A stretch of DNA of 64,000 nt from Spirochaetota bacterium (GTDB lineage Bacteria > Spirochaetota > UBA4802 > UBA5550): the NCBI GenBank assembly GCA_963664815.2, contig CAXXHB010000003.1:1632001-1696000 (forward strand), in the 5' to 3' direction. The notes below the pieces were generated by a model. That model made no database searches, was not told where the DNA came from, and saw only the letters and a program-made list of their open reading frames with translations. Both the position numbers and the translations under genes were made by a program. Of the stretch, positions 37,894-48,492 are shown one piece after another (position 1 is the stretch's first letter; every line of letters starts with the position of its first letter).

Positions 37894-38046
37894 ATTGTTT
37901 TTGACCTTTTTTTAAATAATTGTTTGCAGATTATGATTACGTGTCAAGAAATATGCTATTTTACAGTCCATCTGACCTTAAAACATAAACTAAAGAAAAC
38001 CGACATTATCAGCATTACAAATGATAGTGGTAAACAGAAAATATAT

Positions 38047-38074
38047 TTGCAAGTTATACAATATTTAATATAAT
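38047..38074 (+). promoter_or_regulatory. Sigma70-type promoter for dapA
   Basis: TTGCAA-N16-TATAAT. Confidence 0.5.
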
Positions 38075-38252
38075 GTAATATCTGATGAACAGTACTGATT
38101 GAGTGATTTAATGGGTAAATACAATTTTTCATGTTGTATCAAGTCTTTATAATAAAGGGATTGAATTATTACATGTTAACGTCGGGGAATGTTCAAAGAG
38201 ACCTGTAATTGACGATTATGATTTCAGAGCAATCTGAGAAAAGGAGAATATT

Positions 38253-39113
38253 ATGGAACTAAAAGGAGTATGGCTTCCGGTTATCACCCCGTTTATTAAT
38301 AACGAAGTAGATTATATATCCTACAGAAAGCTTATTGATTACTACATAGATAAAAAGATTTCAGGAATAATTCCTCTTGGCACAACAGGTGAAAGCTCTG
38401 CCATCGAAGAGGATGAATTTATACAAATTGTGGAAACAACTATCGAAACTGTAAATAAGAGGGTACCTGTCTTTTTCGGTGTTGGCGGGAATTATACGGA
38501 TAAAGTTGTCCGTCAGATTAATAAAATAGAAAAGTATGATTTTGACGGGATACTCTCTGTTTCCCCTTACTTCATCAGGCCGGGGCAGACGGGAATTTTT
38601 GAGCATTTCAGAAGAATTTCAGATAATACCGCTAAAAATATAATCGTATATAATATACCTTACCGCACAGGCCGCAATATAGAGAATGAAACGATATATA
38701 AACTGGCTTCGCTTGAAAATATTAAAGGAATCAAGGATTCATGCGGCGATATTAAACAGACCATGGAACTGCTGCTTAATAAACCTGATAATTTTTCAGT
38801 TTTTACTGGTGATGACCTGATGTTTTATTTGACACTTACCCTGGGAGGTGACGGCGGTATACTTGCCGCTGCTCATATTGATACGGAGAAATATATTAAA
38901 ATATATGAACTTGTAAAATCAAATGATCATTTTAGTGCAGTGGAATACTGGAGGTCGCTGGCCGGTCTGATTCCGCATCTTTTCAATGAGCCCAACCCTT
39001 CACCTGTAAAGTACATGCTAAGGCGCATGGGTCTCATATCCAGCAGTGAAACAAGGCTTCCTCTTATCGATATCAGTGAAAATCTTAAAGCACAGCTGGA
39101 CATGTTTATTTAA
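38253..39113 (+). CDS. dapA: 4-hydroxy-tetrahydrodipicolinate synthase
   Basis: ITPF, LGTTGES, VYNIPYRTG, GIKDS (Schiff-base Lys), EPNPSPVK. Confidence 0.9.
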   Translation: MELKGVWLPVITPFINNEVDYISYRKLIDYYIDKKISGIIPLGTTGESSAIEEDEFIQIVETTIETVNKRVPVFFGVGGNYTDKVVRQINKIEKYDFDGILSVSPYFIRPGQTGIFEHFRRISDNTAKNIIVYNIPYRTGRNIENETIYKLASLENIKGIKDSCGDIKQTMELLLNKPDNFSVFTGDDLMFYLTLTLGGDGGILAAAHIDTEKYIKIYELVKSNDHFSAVEYWRSLAGLIPHLFNEPNPSPVKYMLRRMGLISSSETRLPLIDISENLKAQLDMFI

Positions 39114-39256
39114 AAATTTTTTAAAATCATACTTTACATTGTATATGCTTTAAGATAAAATATAACAGATAACTTTATCTTATCTATTAATTATCCGGAT
39201 TTCATAATTGTGTCTCTATTCTGATAATATAATTTATTTTTAAGGAGTTTTAATTT

Positions 39257-40264
39257 ATGAAAAAAGTATTATTCTCATTAGTCTCTTTTGTACTTGGTCT
39301 ATCTCTTGTTCTGGGAACAACTGCTTTTGCACAATCAGCGGCTGATTCAAAAGATAAGGCAACAGTTCAGGATAAAAAGGCTGTAGACGACAAGAAAGCA
39401 GCTGAAGAAAAGAAGGCTGCAGATGCAAAGAAAGCAGCTGAAGACAAGAAGGCCGCAGATGCAAAGAAAGCAGCTGAAGACAAGAAGGCCGCAGATGCAA
39501 AGAAAGCAGCTGAAGACAAGAAGGCCGCAGATGCAAAGAAAGCAGCTGAAGACAAGAAGGCTGCAGATGCAAAGAAAGCAGCTGAAGACAAGAAGGCCGC
39601 AGATGCAAAAAAAGCAGCTGAAGACAAGAAGGCCGCAGATGCAAAGAAAGCAGCTGAAGACAAGAAGGCCGCAGATGCAAAGAAAGCAGCTGAAGACAAG
39701 AAGGCCGCAGATGCAAAGAAAGCAGCTGAAGACAAGAAGGCTGCAGATGCAAAGAAAGCAGCTGAAGACAAGAAGGCCGCAGATGCAAAGAAAGCAGCTG
39801 AAGACAAGAAGGCTGCAGATGCAAAGAAAGCAGCTGAAGACAAGAAGGCCGCAGATGCAAAGAAAGCAGCTGAAGACAAGAAGGCTGCAGATGCAAAGAA
39901 AGCAGCTGAAGACAAGAAGGCCGCAGATGCAAAGAAAGCAGCTGAAGACAAGAAAGCCGCAGATGCAAAGAAAGCAGCTGAAGACAAGAAGGCCGCAGAT
40001 GCAAAGAAAGCAGCTGAAGACAAGAAGGCCGCAGATGCAAAGAAAGCAGCTGAAGACAAGAAGGCTGCAGATGCAAAGAAAGCAGCTGAAGACAAGAAAG
40101 CCGCAGATGCTAAAAAAGCAGCTGAAGACAAGAAGGCTGCAGATGCAAAGAAAGCAGCTGAAGACAAGAAAGCCGCAGATGCTAAAAAAGCAGCTGAAGA
40201 CAAGAAGGCTGCAGATGCAAAGAAAGCAGCTGAAGACAAGAAGGCCGCAGATACAAAGAAATGA
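39257..40264 (+). CDS. Secreted Lys/Ala/Asp-rich tandem-repeat protein
   Basis: AAGGAG RBS; signal peptide ending AFA-Q; the remainder is (DAKKAAEDKKAA)n. Confidence 0.85.
   Translation: MKKVLFSLVSFVLGLSLVLGTTAFAQSAADSKDKATVQDKKAVDDKKAAEEKKAADAKKAAEDKKAADAKKAAEDKKAADAKKAAEDKKAADAKKAAEDKKAADAKKAAEDKKAADAKKAAEDKKAADAKKAAEDKKAADAKKAAEDKKAADAKKAAEDKKAADAKKAAEDKKAADAKKAAEDKKAADAKKAAEDKKAADAKKAAEDKKAADAKKAAEDKKAADAKKAAEDKKAADAKKAAEDKKAADAKKAAEDKKAADAKKAAEDKKAADAKKAAEDKKAADAKKAAEDKKAADAKKAAEDKKAADAKKAAEDKKAADAKKAAEDKKAADTKK
39386..40261 (+). repeat. 36-bp coding tandem repeat, 23 full units plus degenerate end units
   Basis: Unit GATGCAAAGAAAGCAGCTGAAGACAAGAAGGCYGCA from 39422 to 40249 (828 bp = 23 x 36); variation is at synonymous sites. 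Confidence 0.95.
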
Positions 40265-40370
40265 AATACATCAATGTTATATTCTTTTCAGAAATTTAAA
40301 CCTTGGCCTAAAGCAGACCATCTGGAAAATTGATTATTAATTATTATTGCATAAACGTTTCGTATTTTTA

Positions 40371-40412
40371 AAAGACAGCAGGGAGATCATAGAAAACTCT
40401 CTGCTGTCCTTT
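40371..40412 (+). terminator. Intrinsic terminator
   Basis: GACAGCAGGGAG / CTCTCTGCTGTC stem. Confidence 0.6.
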
Positions 40413-40730
40413 AATGGATTTTCATATTTGGTTAACACTTCGACAAGAACAGATTGCAGCTTTTTGAATTAAAAAATGAAAGGCCGATCTGCCATGATTT
40501 ATAATTCTCTGTTATTTTAATTTAGAAATAATTACCGCATAATTTTCTCTATCCAAATGGATCGGTGGTTCAGAATTTTTTTACATTATCAAAAATAGCT
40601 GTTTTACCGGGTAGGCTTTTATTTTCTTATAAATTCTCCATGAAAAATCAACTCTGTAAATTTTAATTCAGTAAAAAATGAGAAGTGTTTAAGTTGTAAT
40701 GATTTATAATAAACAGTATATTAAAAGGGT

Positions 40731-42104
40731 ATGGGTTCGACGTATAAAATAAACTTACTGAATAAAAATCATGAATTTTTAGCATTTCGTGAACGGAATT
40801 CAAGATTATATTCTCATTTAATGGTTATACTTTGTATTATCATGATTATGGGGTTTTATATCCTTGATATTATTTTAAAACAGAACAATCTTCGTGAACT
40901 TTTGCTTGTCAGATCTGTTACAAGTATTATTTTAGTAATTTTATCAATTATTATCGCATTCTCAAGGCCAAGCCGTATACTCAACAAAATTCATATATAT
41001 GCCGGTTATTATATTGTTGTTATATATTCAGGCATTTTAACACACTTTTCTGGCGGCATACATAGCTCATATTGGGGTGGAATGAATTTTGTGCTGCTAT
41101 TCTGGTTAACGCTTGTCCCTTTTTCATACAAAGAGACTATTGCTAATTCATTCATTTTTATTACTGTTTATGATTCTATAGTATTAATGTTAAATACAGG
41201 TACTATCTCATGGGATAAGTTTACTGAGTATCACTTCTTTTTTTTCGGGACATTGATGCTCTGTTCACTGGTTTCATATGTTTCAAACAGAAATGAAGCT
41301 ATTATTTATACAAAACAACAGGAGCTAGAAAATGAAAGGAATAAACTTAAATTAAAAAATGATATTTTAGAAAGAGACATTTCTCTTGCCAAAAAAATAC
41401 ATTTTCAGCTGATACCAAAACCTGATCCTACTGAATATATCTACTCTCTTTACAAACCGATGCAGGAAGTTGGCGGCGATTTATATGAATTTGTAAGATT
41501 CAGGGATTCGAAGAAAATCGGAATATTTATCAGCGATGTTTCCGGGCATGGAGTTCCGGCAGCTCTTATATCATCAATGATAAAAACGACGATACTTCAA
41601 TCAGGAATGAGAAAGGAAAATCCTGCAGAGTTGATGAATTATATTAATGAGGTTTTACAGGATCAGACTGCCGGAAATTTTATTACAGCTTTTTACGGGA
41701 TTTATGAACATGAAAAGAGTTCATTGCTTTATGCGAATGCAGGTCACCCGCGACCTTATTTAATTACTGATAGTGGAATAACTCAGATTCCAAAAGGACG
41801 AAGTACTCCATTGGCAATGTTTCATAACAATATAATGGCCGGGAAAAATAAATCTTATCAGAATTTCGAAATAAATCTTCCTTCCAATTCAAAATTATTA
41901 TTTTATACTGACGGGCTGACTGAAACGCGTCCGATTAATGATAATATATTTTTCGAGGATAGTATAATGACTCGTATTTTTATGAAGCACAGGAATAATC
42001 CTTCCAGATTGTTTATTTACAAATTATTTCAGAGTTTAGTAGCTTTCAGGGGTAAAGATTTTTTTGAGGATGACATCTGTCTGGTTTGCCTGGATGTTGA
42101 ATGA
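40731..42104 (+). CDS. Membrane PP2C/SpoIIE-family protein phosphatase
   Basis: TM N-terminus; VGGDLY, SDVSGHGVPAAL, ANAGHP, YTDGLTE, EDDI. Confidence 0.92.
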   Translation: MGSTYKINLLNKNHEFLAFRERNSRLYSHLMVILCIIMIMGFYILDIILKQNNLRELLLVRSVTSIILVILSIIIAFSRPSRILNKIHIYAGYYIVVIYSGILTHFSGGIHSSYWGGMNFVLLFWLTLVPFSYKETIANSFIFITVYDSIVLMLNTGTISWDKFTEYHFFFFGTLMLCSLVSYVSNRNEAIIYTKQQELENERNKLKLKNDILERDISLAKKIHFQLIPKPDPTEYIYSLYKPMQEVGGDLYEFVRFRDSKKIGIFISDVSGHGVPAALISSMIKTTILQSGMRKENPAELMNYINEVLQDQTAGNFITAFYGIYEHEKSSLLYANAGHPRPYLITDSGITQIPKGRSTPLAMFHNNIMAGKNKSYQNFEINLPSNSKLLFYTDGLTETRPINDNIFFEDSIMTRIFMKHRNNPSRLFIYKLFQSLVAFRGKDFFEDDICLVCLDVE

Positions 42105-42207
42105 ATTAGACAAGGAACGTCACCTGGTTTATACAATAGAAATGTCACCATTCTGCCTGTAGCGGAATGATAAAAGCGCTCATCAAATTTGAGTATTTGT
42201 GTTGACT

Positions 42208-42227
42208 ATATTTGATGTATCAAATAT
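42208..42227. promoter_or_regulatory. Palindromic operator, probably bound by the downstream MarR protein
   Basis: ATATTTGAT-GT-ATCAAATAT directly after a TTGACT -35-like hexamer. A second palindrome, CTGACAATA-T-TATTGTCAG, lies at 42303-42321. Confidence 0.55.
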
Positions 42228-42434
42228 TGATTTAACAAGTTTATTCTATACAGAAGTAGATTATATATAATTATCTGTTAATAGAGGTGTACCTCAATAT
42301 TACTGACAATATTATTGTCAGGAAATGGGAAAATGTATATGGCAGGGAAAGGATAGAAAACTGGATAAGGACGCCTTAAAACAGTAGCGGTGAACTAGAT
42401 TTTACAGAGAAGATATAGCTTGAAGGAGCATAGT

Positions 42435-42857
42435 GTGGATAACCGGATATTTTTTCTCATTTCAAAAACAGAAAATGCGATGAACTCATATATAAAACAG
42501 CAGTTTGCTAAAGCCGGACTTAAAGTCACTCCGGGACAGCTCGCTATCCTTTTTCTGCTTAAAGGAAAAAACAGGCAGAGTATGACTGATCTGAGCCAGG
42601 GGCTTGAAATAGACAATTCGGCGATGACAAGACTGATAGACAGGCTTGAAAAAAACGGTCTTGTAGAGAGAAATAACAGCACGAATGACAGAAGAGAATA
42701 TCATATAATAATAACTGAAGCAGGAATTCTTGAAACAGAAAGGGTCAAAAAGGTTATCGTTGCTATAAATAAAAAAATTGAAGATGAATTTTCACTAAAA
42801 GAGCTGGATGAATTTAAAAGGACATTAATGAGAATGAACTCATTATTTATGAATTAA
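42435..42857 (+). CDS. MarR family regulator
   Basis: AAGGAG RBS before GTG 42435; MTRLIDRLEKNGLVER...DRR. Confidence 0.9.
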   Translation: MDNRIFFLISKTENAMNSYIKQQFAKAGLKVTPGQLAILFLLKGKNRQSMTDLSQGLEIDNSAMTRLIDRLEKNGLVERNNSTNDRREYHIIITEAGILETERVKKVIVAINKKIEDEFSLKELDEFKRTLMRMNSLFMN

Positions 42858-42982
42858 ATATTCTATCCGGAATTACTGTTCTGTGCGTTCCGGATGAATA
42901 GAAGATCTGTAGTGGATTCACATGTTATGTATTTCCGCAGTTTCAAGGTATTGATAAAAGTCTTTTCATAAAGGGGGAGAAG

Positions 42983-44005
42983 ATGAACAGTAAAAACCTG
43001 AGTGGTCTTATTGAAGAGAGAAACGGCATATATATTATCCGCCAGCAGATGCCCTATCCATTGAAGGAGAATAACGCATATCTTGCTGAATCGTCCGACG
43101 GTTGGACTGTTATTGATCTTGGCATTGATATTCCTCAAACGAGGGAGTTGTGGAGTGAGGCGATAAAAACAGCAGGTATTAAATTTTCCCATATAAACAA
43201 AATTATTGTTACACATTGTCACCCCGATCACCTGGGAGCTGCGGCGTGGATGCAGCGCGTTACCGGAGCGCCTGTTTACATGTCGCAGATTGACATGGAT
43301 ATTGCAAATACCTATGTTTTCCTGAAAGGGGATAAGTATAAAACATATGAAAAAGCCATAAGAGAAGCAGCCGAAAAAAATGATTTTGGTGAAGATAAAA
43401 TAAGACGTCTTGTGGTTGACTGGTGCGATAATGTTATACCGCTTTTCCCCGAACCGGATGTTATTGAAGTTCTGAATGAGGATGAAGAGATTATACTTTC
43501 AGGTTTTCCTTATCATGTAAAAATCCTTCCGGGGCACAGCGACGGACAGATAGTTCTATGGTGCAGGGATAACAGAACTCTTTTCTCAGGGGATATCTTC
43601 ACAGAAAATGGATATCTGCATTTTGCCGATTGGCCTCATACAAATAATAATAATCCTCTGAAAGATTTCCTGAATTCAGTCAGTATAATTGAAGAGATGA
43701 ACCCGGAAATCATTTACCCTGGTCATGGAAGACCGGTTACATCCTGTAAAGAAATTTTTTCCAGGCTTCGTTACAGGCATAACAAACTTCTGGAAACATT
43801 CGCGAATTTAATTACAGAACCGGTTACAGTGGGGAAACTATACGAAAATGTATTTCCGGTACCGCAGGAAGGGGAATATGCCGACTATATTCATCATCAC
43901 AGAATTCTTATGGGAGAGACTGAAGGTTACCTTAATTACCTGGCCTGCAGCGGCAGGATCTCTGTAAGGACAGAAAGGGGTAGAGTTGTTTACTATCCCC
44001 TATAG
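42983..44005 (+). CDS. MBL-fold metallo-hydrolase
   Basis: THCHPDHLG, PGHS, SGD, PGHG. Confidence 0.9.
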   Translation: MNSKNLSGLIEERNGIYIIRQQMPYPLKENNAYLAESSDGWTVIDLGIDIPQTRELWSEAIKTAGIKFSHINKIIVTHCHPDHLGAAAWMQRVTGAPVYMSQIDMDIANTYVFLKGDKYKTYEKAIREAAEKNDFGEDKIRRLVVDWCDNVIPLFPEPDVIEVLNEDEEIILSGFPYHVKILPGHSDGQIVLWCRDNRTLFSGDIFTENGYLHFADWPHTNNNNPLKDFLNSVSIIEEMNPEIIYPGHGRPVTSCKEIFSRLRYRHNKLLETFANLITEPVTVGKLYENVFPVPQEGEYADYIHHHRILMGETEGYLNYLACSGRISVRTERGRVVYYPL

Positions 44006-44077
44006 AACAGATAAAATTATTATATAAGAAAAGAGTTTGTTTGATATGCCTCGTCTACTGATAATTTAGGAGATCTA

Positions 44078-44761
44078 ATGATGGAAACAGACATTGTATC
44101 AGCCAGATTTAACCAGATTGCTTCAAAGTATGATGAACAGCGACGATATTTTATTCCCGGTTTTGATGATTTTTATAAAACGGGTATTTCGCTTGTTTTA
44201 AAAATCAGGAGAGAGATTAAATCAATACTGGATCTGGGAGCAGGTACCGGTCTGCTTACAAAATATCTCTTTGATAATTATCCGGATGCGCGCTTCACCC
44301 TGGTCGATGTTTCAGATAAAATGCTTGATATTGCCCGTCAAAGGTTTTCCGGCATGGAAAATTTTAAATATGTTGTTTCCGATTATTCTGAGAGACTGCC
44401 TGGTAATAATTTTGATCTGATAGCTTCTGCCCTCTCTATTCATCATTTAACTGACGAGAGCAAATTGAATCTGTATTATAATGTCTACGACAGACTTGAT
44501 GAAAAAGGTCTGTTTCTTAATCTGGACCAGTTCAACGCTGAAACGGAATTGATTAATAAATGTTATAATGAATTGTGGTATGATTATCTACTCAGAAGTA
44601 ATCTTGCAGCGGATGAACTCGAATCCTGGCGGCAAAGGCGTGAACTGGATAGGGAGAATTCAATATCGGATACACTGAATTTGTTGAATAAAGCAAGATT
44701 TAAAACTGTAGAGTGTATCTACAGCAATATGAAATTCGGAGTTATCCTGGCAATGAAATAA
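44078..44761 (+). CDS. Class I SAM-dependent methyltransferase (CmoA-like)
   Basis: ILDLGAGTG, SALSIHHL. Confidence 0.9.
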   Translation: MMETDIVSARFNQIASKYDEQRRYFIPGFDDFYKTGISLVLKIRREIKSILDLGAGTGLLTKYLFDNYPDARFTLVDVSDKMLDIARQRFSGMENFKYVVSDYSERLPGNNFDLIASALSIHHLTDESKLNLYYNVYDRLDEKGLFLNLDQFNAETELINKCYNELWYDYLLRSNLAADELESWRQRRELDRENSISDTLNLLNKARFKTVECIYSNMKFGVILAMK

Positions 44762-44841
44762 ATCAGTTCTTCGGATATGCAAACTGTGATTAATCTGTTC
44801 AGCAATGTGGATTAAATATAAAGGATTATGACACAGAATTT

Positions 44842-45579
44842 TTAAGGCATAATGTGTATTTCAGTACTGCGTCGATTCATGCTTTGTTTTCGCCATTTGT
44901 TGAATTCTTTTTCCAGGATGGCTACTGCCGAATTACCATGTTTGTCAAGTCCGTAGACGACAATATCAAGGTATGGATTTTTTTTATTATTTCCTTTTTT
45001 ATAAACTGTAACAAATGCTGAACTGGCTCTCTGTTTACCGCAGCGTTTATCACCACCGGTATAAGCTCCTGTTGATAATGCAGCTACAAGACGTTCAGCA
45101 AGCTTTTTCTTTCTCCCTTTATAGAATGCTGAGTATGCCTTATCGATCATATCTTTGTTTGCAAGGCAGTTTCCAAGAACAGCAACTTCTTTTCCTGTTT
45201 TAACTTCTTTACAGTTGGAGATCTGATCACCGGAGTAAGTTGCTGCCGGTTCACCGTCATTCAGTAATACAATGCCATACTGCTGGTTTTCCGGATCAAA
45301 GCGTTTGTCGCGCAATGCTTCAATGATCTCCGAGGATGTGGCTCCTTCATCTATCAGCCTGGCTCCATGCTCACGCGCATCTTTGTTACTGCACGCCTGG
45401 ACTACAATAACACCTTTACCGGGAATAACATCCCCGATGCCATGTACATTATATGTGCATGAGGCTCCGGCAATGCCAACTTCACCGGTTTTACGGTCTA
45501 CAGCTATTATAGACCACGTAGCATGCGCGTACGTGGCAGCGTAAAGTGATATGATTATAGTAAGATATAATTTGCGCAT
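44842..45579 (-). CDS. DUF1028 family Ntn-hydrolase-like secreted protein
   Basis: Signal peptide, then TWSIIAVD..TGEVGIAGASC, QYGIV, GGDKRC. Confidence 0.85.
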   Translation of the reverse strand: MRKLYLTIIISLYAATYAHATWSIIAVDRKTGEVGIAGASCTYNVHGIGDVIPGKGVIVVQACSNKDAREHGARLIDEGATSSEIIEALRDKRFDPENQQYGIVLLNDGEPAATYSGDQISNCKEVKTGKEVAVLGNCLANKDMIDKAYSAFYKGRKKKLAERLVAALSTGAYTGGDKRCGKQRASSAFVTVYKKGNNKKNPYLDIVVYGLDKHGNSAVAILEKEFNKWRKQSMNRRSTEIHIMP

Positions 45580-45825
45580 TGTTTGTATTTTTATGCTTCC
45601 CATGTGATGATTGCCTTTATATTTTAAACAGCTTTTTTATTAATATCGGTAAGTTGCAGGAATAATAGATATAATAACCGGAATATTTTTTCGGAATAAT
45701 GCTTATTATATGCTACCAGCAACCCGGTTATTCTGTGCTGTAAGTATAAAATCAGGTTGAAATATTTTCATTTGATTTTTTATTTTATTATTTATCATAT
45801 AATCATAAAGGAAAATGGTTACGGT

Positions 45826-46398
45826 TTGAATGGTAAAACTATTATTATAATACATGAAATATATGGCGTTACAGGTAATCTTTTAAAGCTTAAAAGCAGA
45901 CTTATAAAAAAAGGATTCTCCGTAATTTTACCGTCACTATACGATGACAACTATTGCGGGTTTGATGAACAGAAATCATACAAAAAATTTTATGATGAAG
46001 TCGGAGTTGATAAGGGATTTAAATTAATTGATAAGGTAATCACAGGGAATGCCGACTCTGAAATAATTCTTGTTGGATTCAGTGTCGGTGCAACTATAGC
46101 ATGGCTGCATTCAGCGGATAAAAGAATAAGCACTGTAATAGGAATTTACGGGTCGAGGATAAGAGAATATCCTGACATTACACCTTCAGCTCAGTCATAT
46201 CTATTTTTCTGCAGGGAAAAATCATTTGATATTATTCCTTTAATTGATGAACTGAATAAGAAAAATAATGTAACAGCATGCATTATAAATGGGGAGCATG
46301 GATTTTACAGCTTTTCAGGAGAAAATAATAAAAGTTTAATAACAAAAATTGATAAAAAGATATTCAGAATACTCGGGTTTAATGAAATCCTGTTTTAA
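45826..46398 (+). CDS. Dienelactone hydrolase-like alpha/beta hydrolase
   Basis: HEIYGV, GFSVGATIAW, YGSRIR, HGF; start codon uncertain. Confidence 0.8.
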   Translation: MNGKTIIIIHEIYGVTGNLLKLKSRLIKKGFSVILPSLYDDNYCGFDEQKSYKKFYDEVGVDKGFKLIDKVITGNADSEIILVGFSVGATIAWLHSADKRISTVIGIYGSRIREYPDITPSAQSYLFFCREKSFDIIPLIDELNKKNNVTACIINGEHGFYSFSGENNKSLITKIDKKIFRILGFNEILF

Positions 46399-46507
46399 GC
46401 AGTATGGACCTGGTTTAAACATCAATTGTTGTATATCCCAAGATAAAAAAATGCACCAATATCAAAAATTAATGTCGATAAAAGAGTAAATGGAGTTGTA
46501 ATATTAC

Positions 46508-46999
46508 ATGAATGAATATCTTAAACTTATAGGGTTTTTCAACGATTTTTCAGACGATGATCTGAATGTCGTGAGTCGCATAATCGAGGTGATCTCAACC
46601 AGAGACATGGAAATGATTATCAGGGAAAATGATGATCCAACAGGTCTTTATTTCATCGTAAAAGGGGACTTCGATGTAGTGAAACAGATAAGTGGTAATA
46701 AATATAAGCGCCTTAATCAACTTGAACGCGGAGATTTTTTCGGAGAGATGTCTATCCTTAATAATGAAAAGTATTCAGCCTCAGTTGTGTGTCGGAGCAG
46801 TGGAATTCTGTTATTTATTTCGAAAGGAGCCTTTGACGATATGAGTAAGAATGACTCGCGATTTTCACTGAAAATAATGAAAGAGCTGGCAACAGTTCTG
46901 GCACAGAGATTGAGACGTATGAATATGAAATACGGCATGTCTGTGGCTCAACTGGATTCAAAATCCGTTAACCGGGATTTTAAATCAATTTATCAGTAA
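46508..46999 (+). CDS. Stand-alone cyclic nucleotide-binding domain protein
   Basis: LYFIVKG, GDFFGEMSIL, SASV; no HTH. Confidence 0.85.
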   Translation: MNEYLKLIGFFNDFSDDDLNVVSRIIEVISTRDMEMIIRENDDPTGLYFIVKGDFDVVKQISGNKYKRLNQLERGDFFGEMSILNNEKYSASVVCRSSGILLFISKGAFDDMSKNDSRFSLKIMKELATVLAQRLRRMNMKYGMSVAQLDSKSVNRDFKSIYQ

Positions 47000-47020
47000 A
47001 AAAATATTCGTGAGCAGATA

Positions 47021-47419
47021 ATGAAAAGAATACAAACAATAATTACATACATTTTAATATTTGAATCGCTATTATCATTCTCCTGCATCAGTGAGGTCAG
47101 GGTAAAAGGACAGGCTGTTAATCCGGAAAAAGAGGGAATGATCACGATACAGGTAACCGTCCTTGAATATCTTCCATTTGCATTTCATTCGGAGATTGAG
47201 GGTTGGCCGGACCAATGGTTGGACGGCTCACGGGTAAAAATTACACAGCCGGCAGTAGAGGCAGCGGAGATAATTATATATCACAATGAACCTGTACCGC
47301 AGAAATCACTTTGGAGAAAAAATGGTGCAGTGGTGACAGTTAAATTGCCCGAGACGTATCTGCATACAGAACCGGGTAAAACTGTACAGATTTTTATTGA
47401 TAAAACAAATATTCCATAG
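47021..47419 (+). CDS. Hypothetical exported protein or lipoprotein
   Basis: Hydrophobic N-terminus ending FS-C. Confidence 0.6.
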   Translation: MKRIQTIITYILIFESLLSFSCISEVRVKGQAVNPEKEGMITIQVTVLEYLPFAFHSEIEGWPDQWLDGSRVKITQPAVEAAEIIIYHNEPVPQKSLWRKNGAVVTVKLPETYLHTEPGKTVQIFIDKTNIP

Positions 47420-47751
47420 ATGTGAATGCTTATAATTTATTCATCAGGAAAAGCTCTCTGTCGCAGCAGAGGGGAAATAACAAAATCATATCAATCCTTT
47501 TAACATGTAATCGTATTCATTTAACTGTTAAAATCCGACATTAACTAAATTTCAGATTAAAATATTTCTGTTGAAAATTAAACAAAATTTATTATATTAT
47601 ATAGTAATAATGATTCATGAACTTTCTATAATGGAAAATACTTTTTCCTTCAATATGCCGCAGGCAGATTGGAAGTATAACATTTTATTTTAAATAAAAT
47701 ATAACCGGGAAGTTAGATAAATGATTTAAAATATAATAAGGAGTGAAATAA

Positions 47752-48384
47752 ATGAATATACTTGATGCAATTAAAGAGAGAAGGTCTATTAATTTTTTTG
47801 ATCCGGAAAGAAAAGTAACAGATGAGCAGATAAATGAGCTTATCTCGCTTGCAAACCTTTCACCATCTACTCTCAATCTTCAACCGTGGGAGGTAATTGT
47901 AGTAAATGATCCTGAACAAAAAGTAATTCTCCGTAAATGTGCCTATGATCAGCCGAAGGTAACTGAAGCATCTGCCACATTGATTATAATAGCTAATCCC
48001 AATGCTATAGAAGAAAACGTAGACAACATGGTAAAAAGCTGGATTGATCTCGGATATATCAAACCGGAAGCGGCTGCGGCAACAAGACAGATGCCTTTCG
48101 GCGCACATGGTGATAAGGATAGTATGCAGAGGAAATTCTTTGCAATAAAGAATACAGCCTTCTTTGCAATGAGCCTGATGATTGCAGCAAAAGGGCTGGG
48201 TCTTGAGACCCACCCCATGGACGGGTTCTCTTCCGATATGGTAAAGTCCGAATTTAAAATACCTGAGGACAGATTAATACCGCTTCTGATATCTGTGGGG
48301 TATCTTAAACCGGGAATAAAACTTCTTCCTCGTGCATGGAGAAGAGAGTTAAAATCATTTGTCAGGTTCAACAGTTATAAGTGA
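47752..48384 (+). CDS. Nitroreductase family protein
   Basis: RRSIN, SPSTLNLQPW, GLETHPMDGF. Confidence 0.92.
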   Translation: MNILDAIKERRSINFFDPERKVTDEQINELISLANLSPSTLNLQPWEVIVVNDPEQKVILRKCAYDQPKVTEASATLIIIANPNAIEENVDNMVKSWIDLGYIKPEAAAATRQMPFGAHGDKDSMQRKFFAIKNTAFFAMSLMIAAKGLGLETHPMDGFSSDMVKSEFKIPEDRLIPLLISVGYLKPGIKLLPRAWRRELKSFVRFNSYK

Positions 48385-48443
48385 TTGAGCGGGCGGTTGT
48401 CTTGTATAAATTTTCTGCGATGTAAAATGATGTAAAATAAGGA

Positions 48444-48486
48444 ACCCGGTTTTATAAATGTTTATTGATGCTTGATAAAACCGGGT
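48444..48486. terminator. Bidirectional stem-loop terminator
   Basis: 12-bp perfect IR ACCCGGTTTTAT / ATAAAACCGGGT between convergent genes. Confidence 0.6.
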
Positions 48487-48492
48487 AAAATT

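Noticed and set aside
38075-38252. Canonical lysine riboswitch before dapA
   Set aside because: The conserved aptamer motifs are not visible.
39255-40340. Three long alternative-frame ORFs over the repeat (273, 290 and 305 aa), and the repeat as a possible CRISPR array
   Set aside because: They are by-products of a stop-free 36-bp coding repeat. Only the 39257 frame has an RBS, a signal peptide and synonymous-only variation. Units are contiguous with no spacers, and there are no cas genes.
46455-46481. Sigma28 promoter (GTCGATAA) before the cNMP-binding gene
   Set aside because: No TAAA -35 element at the proper spacing.
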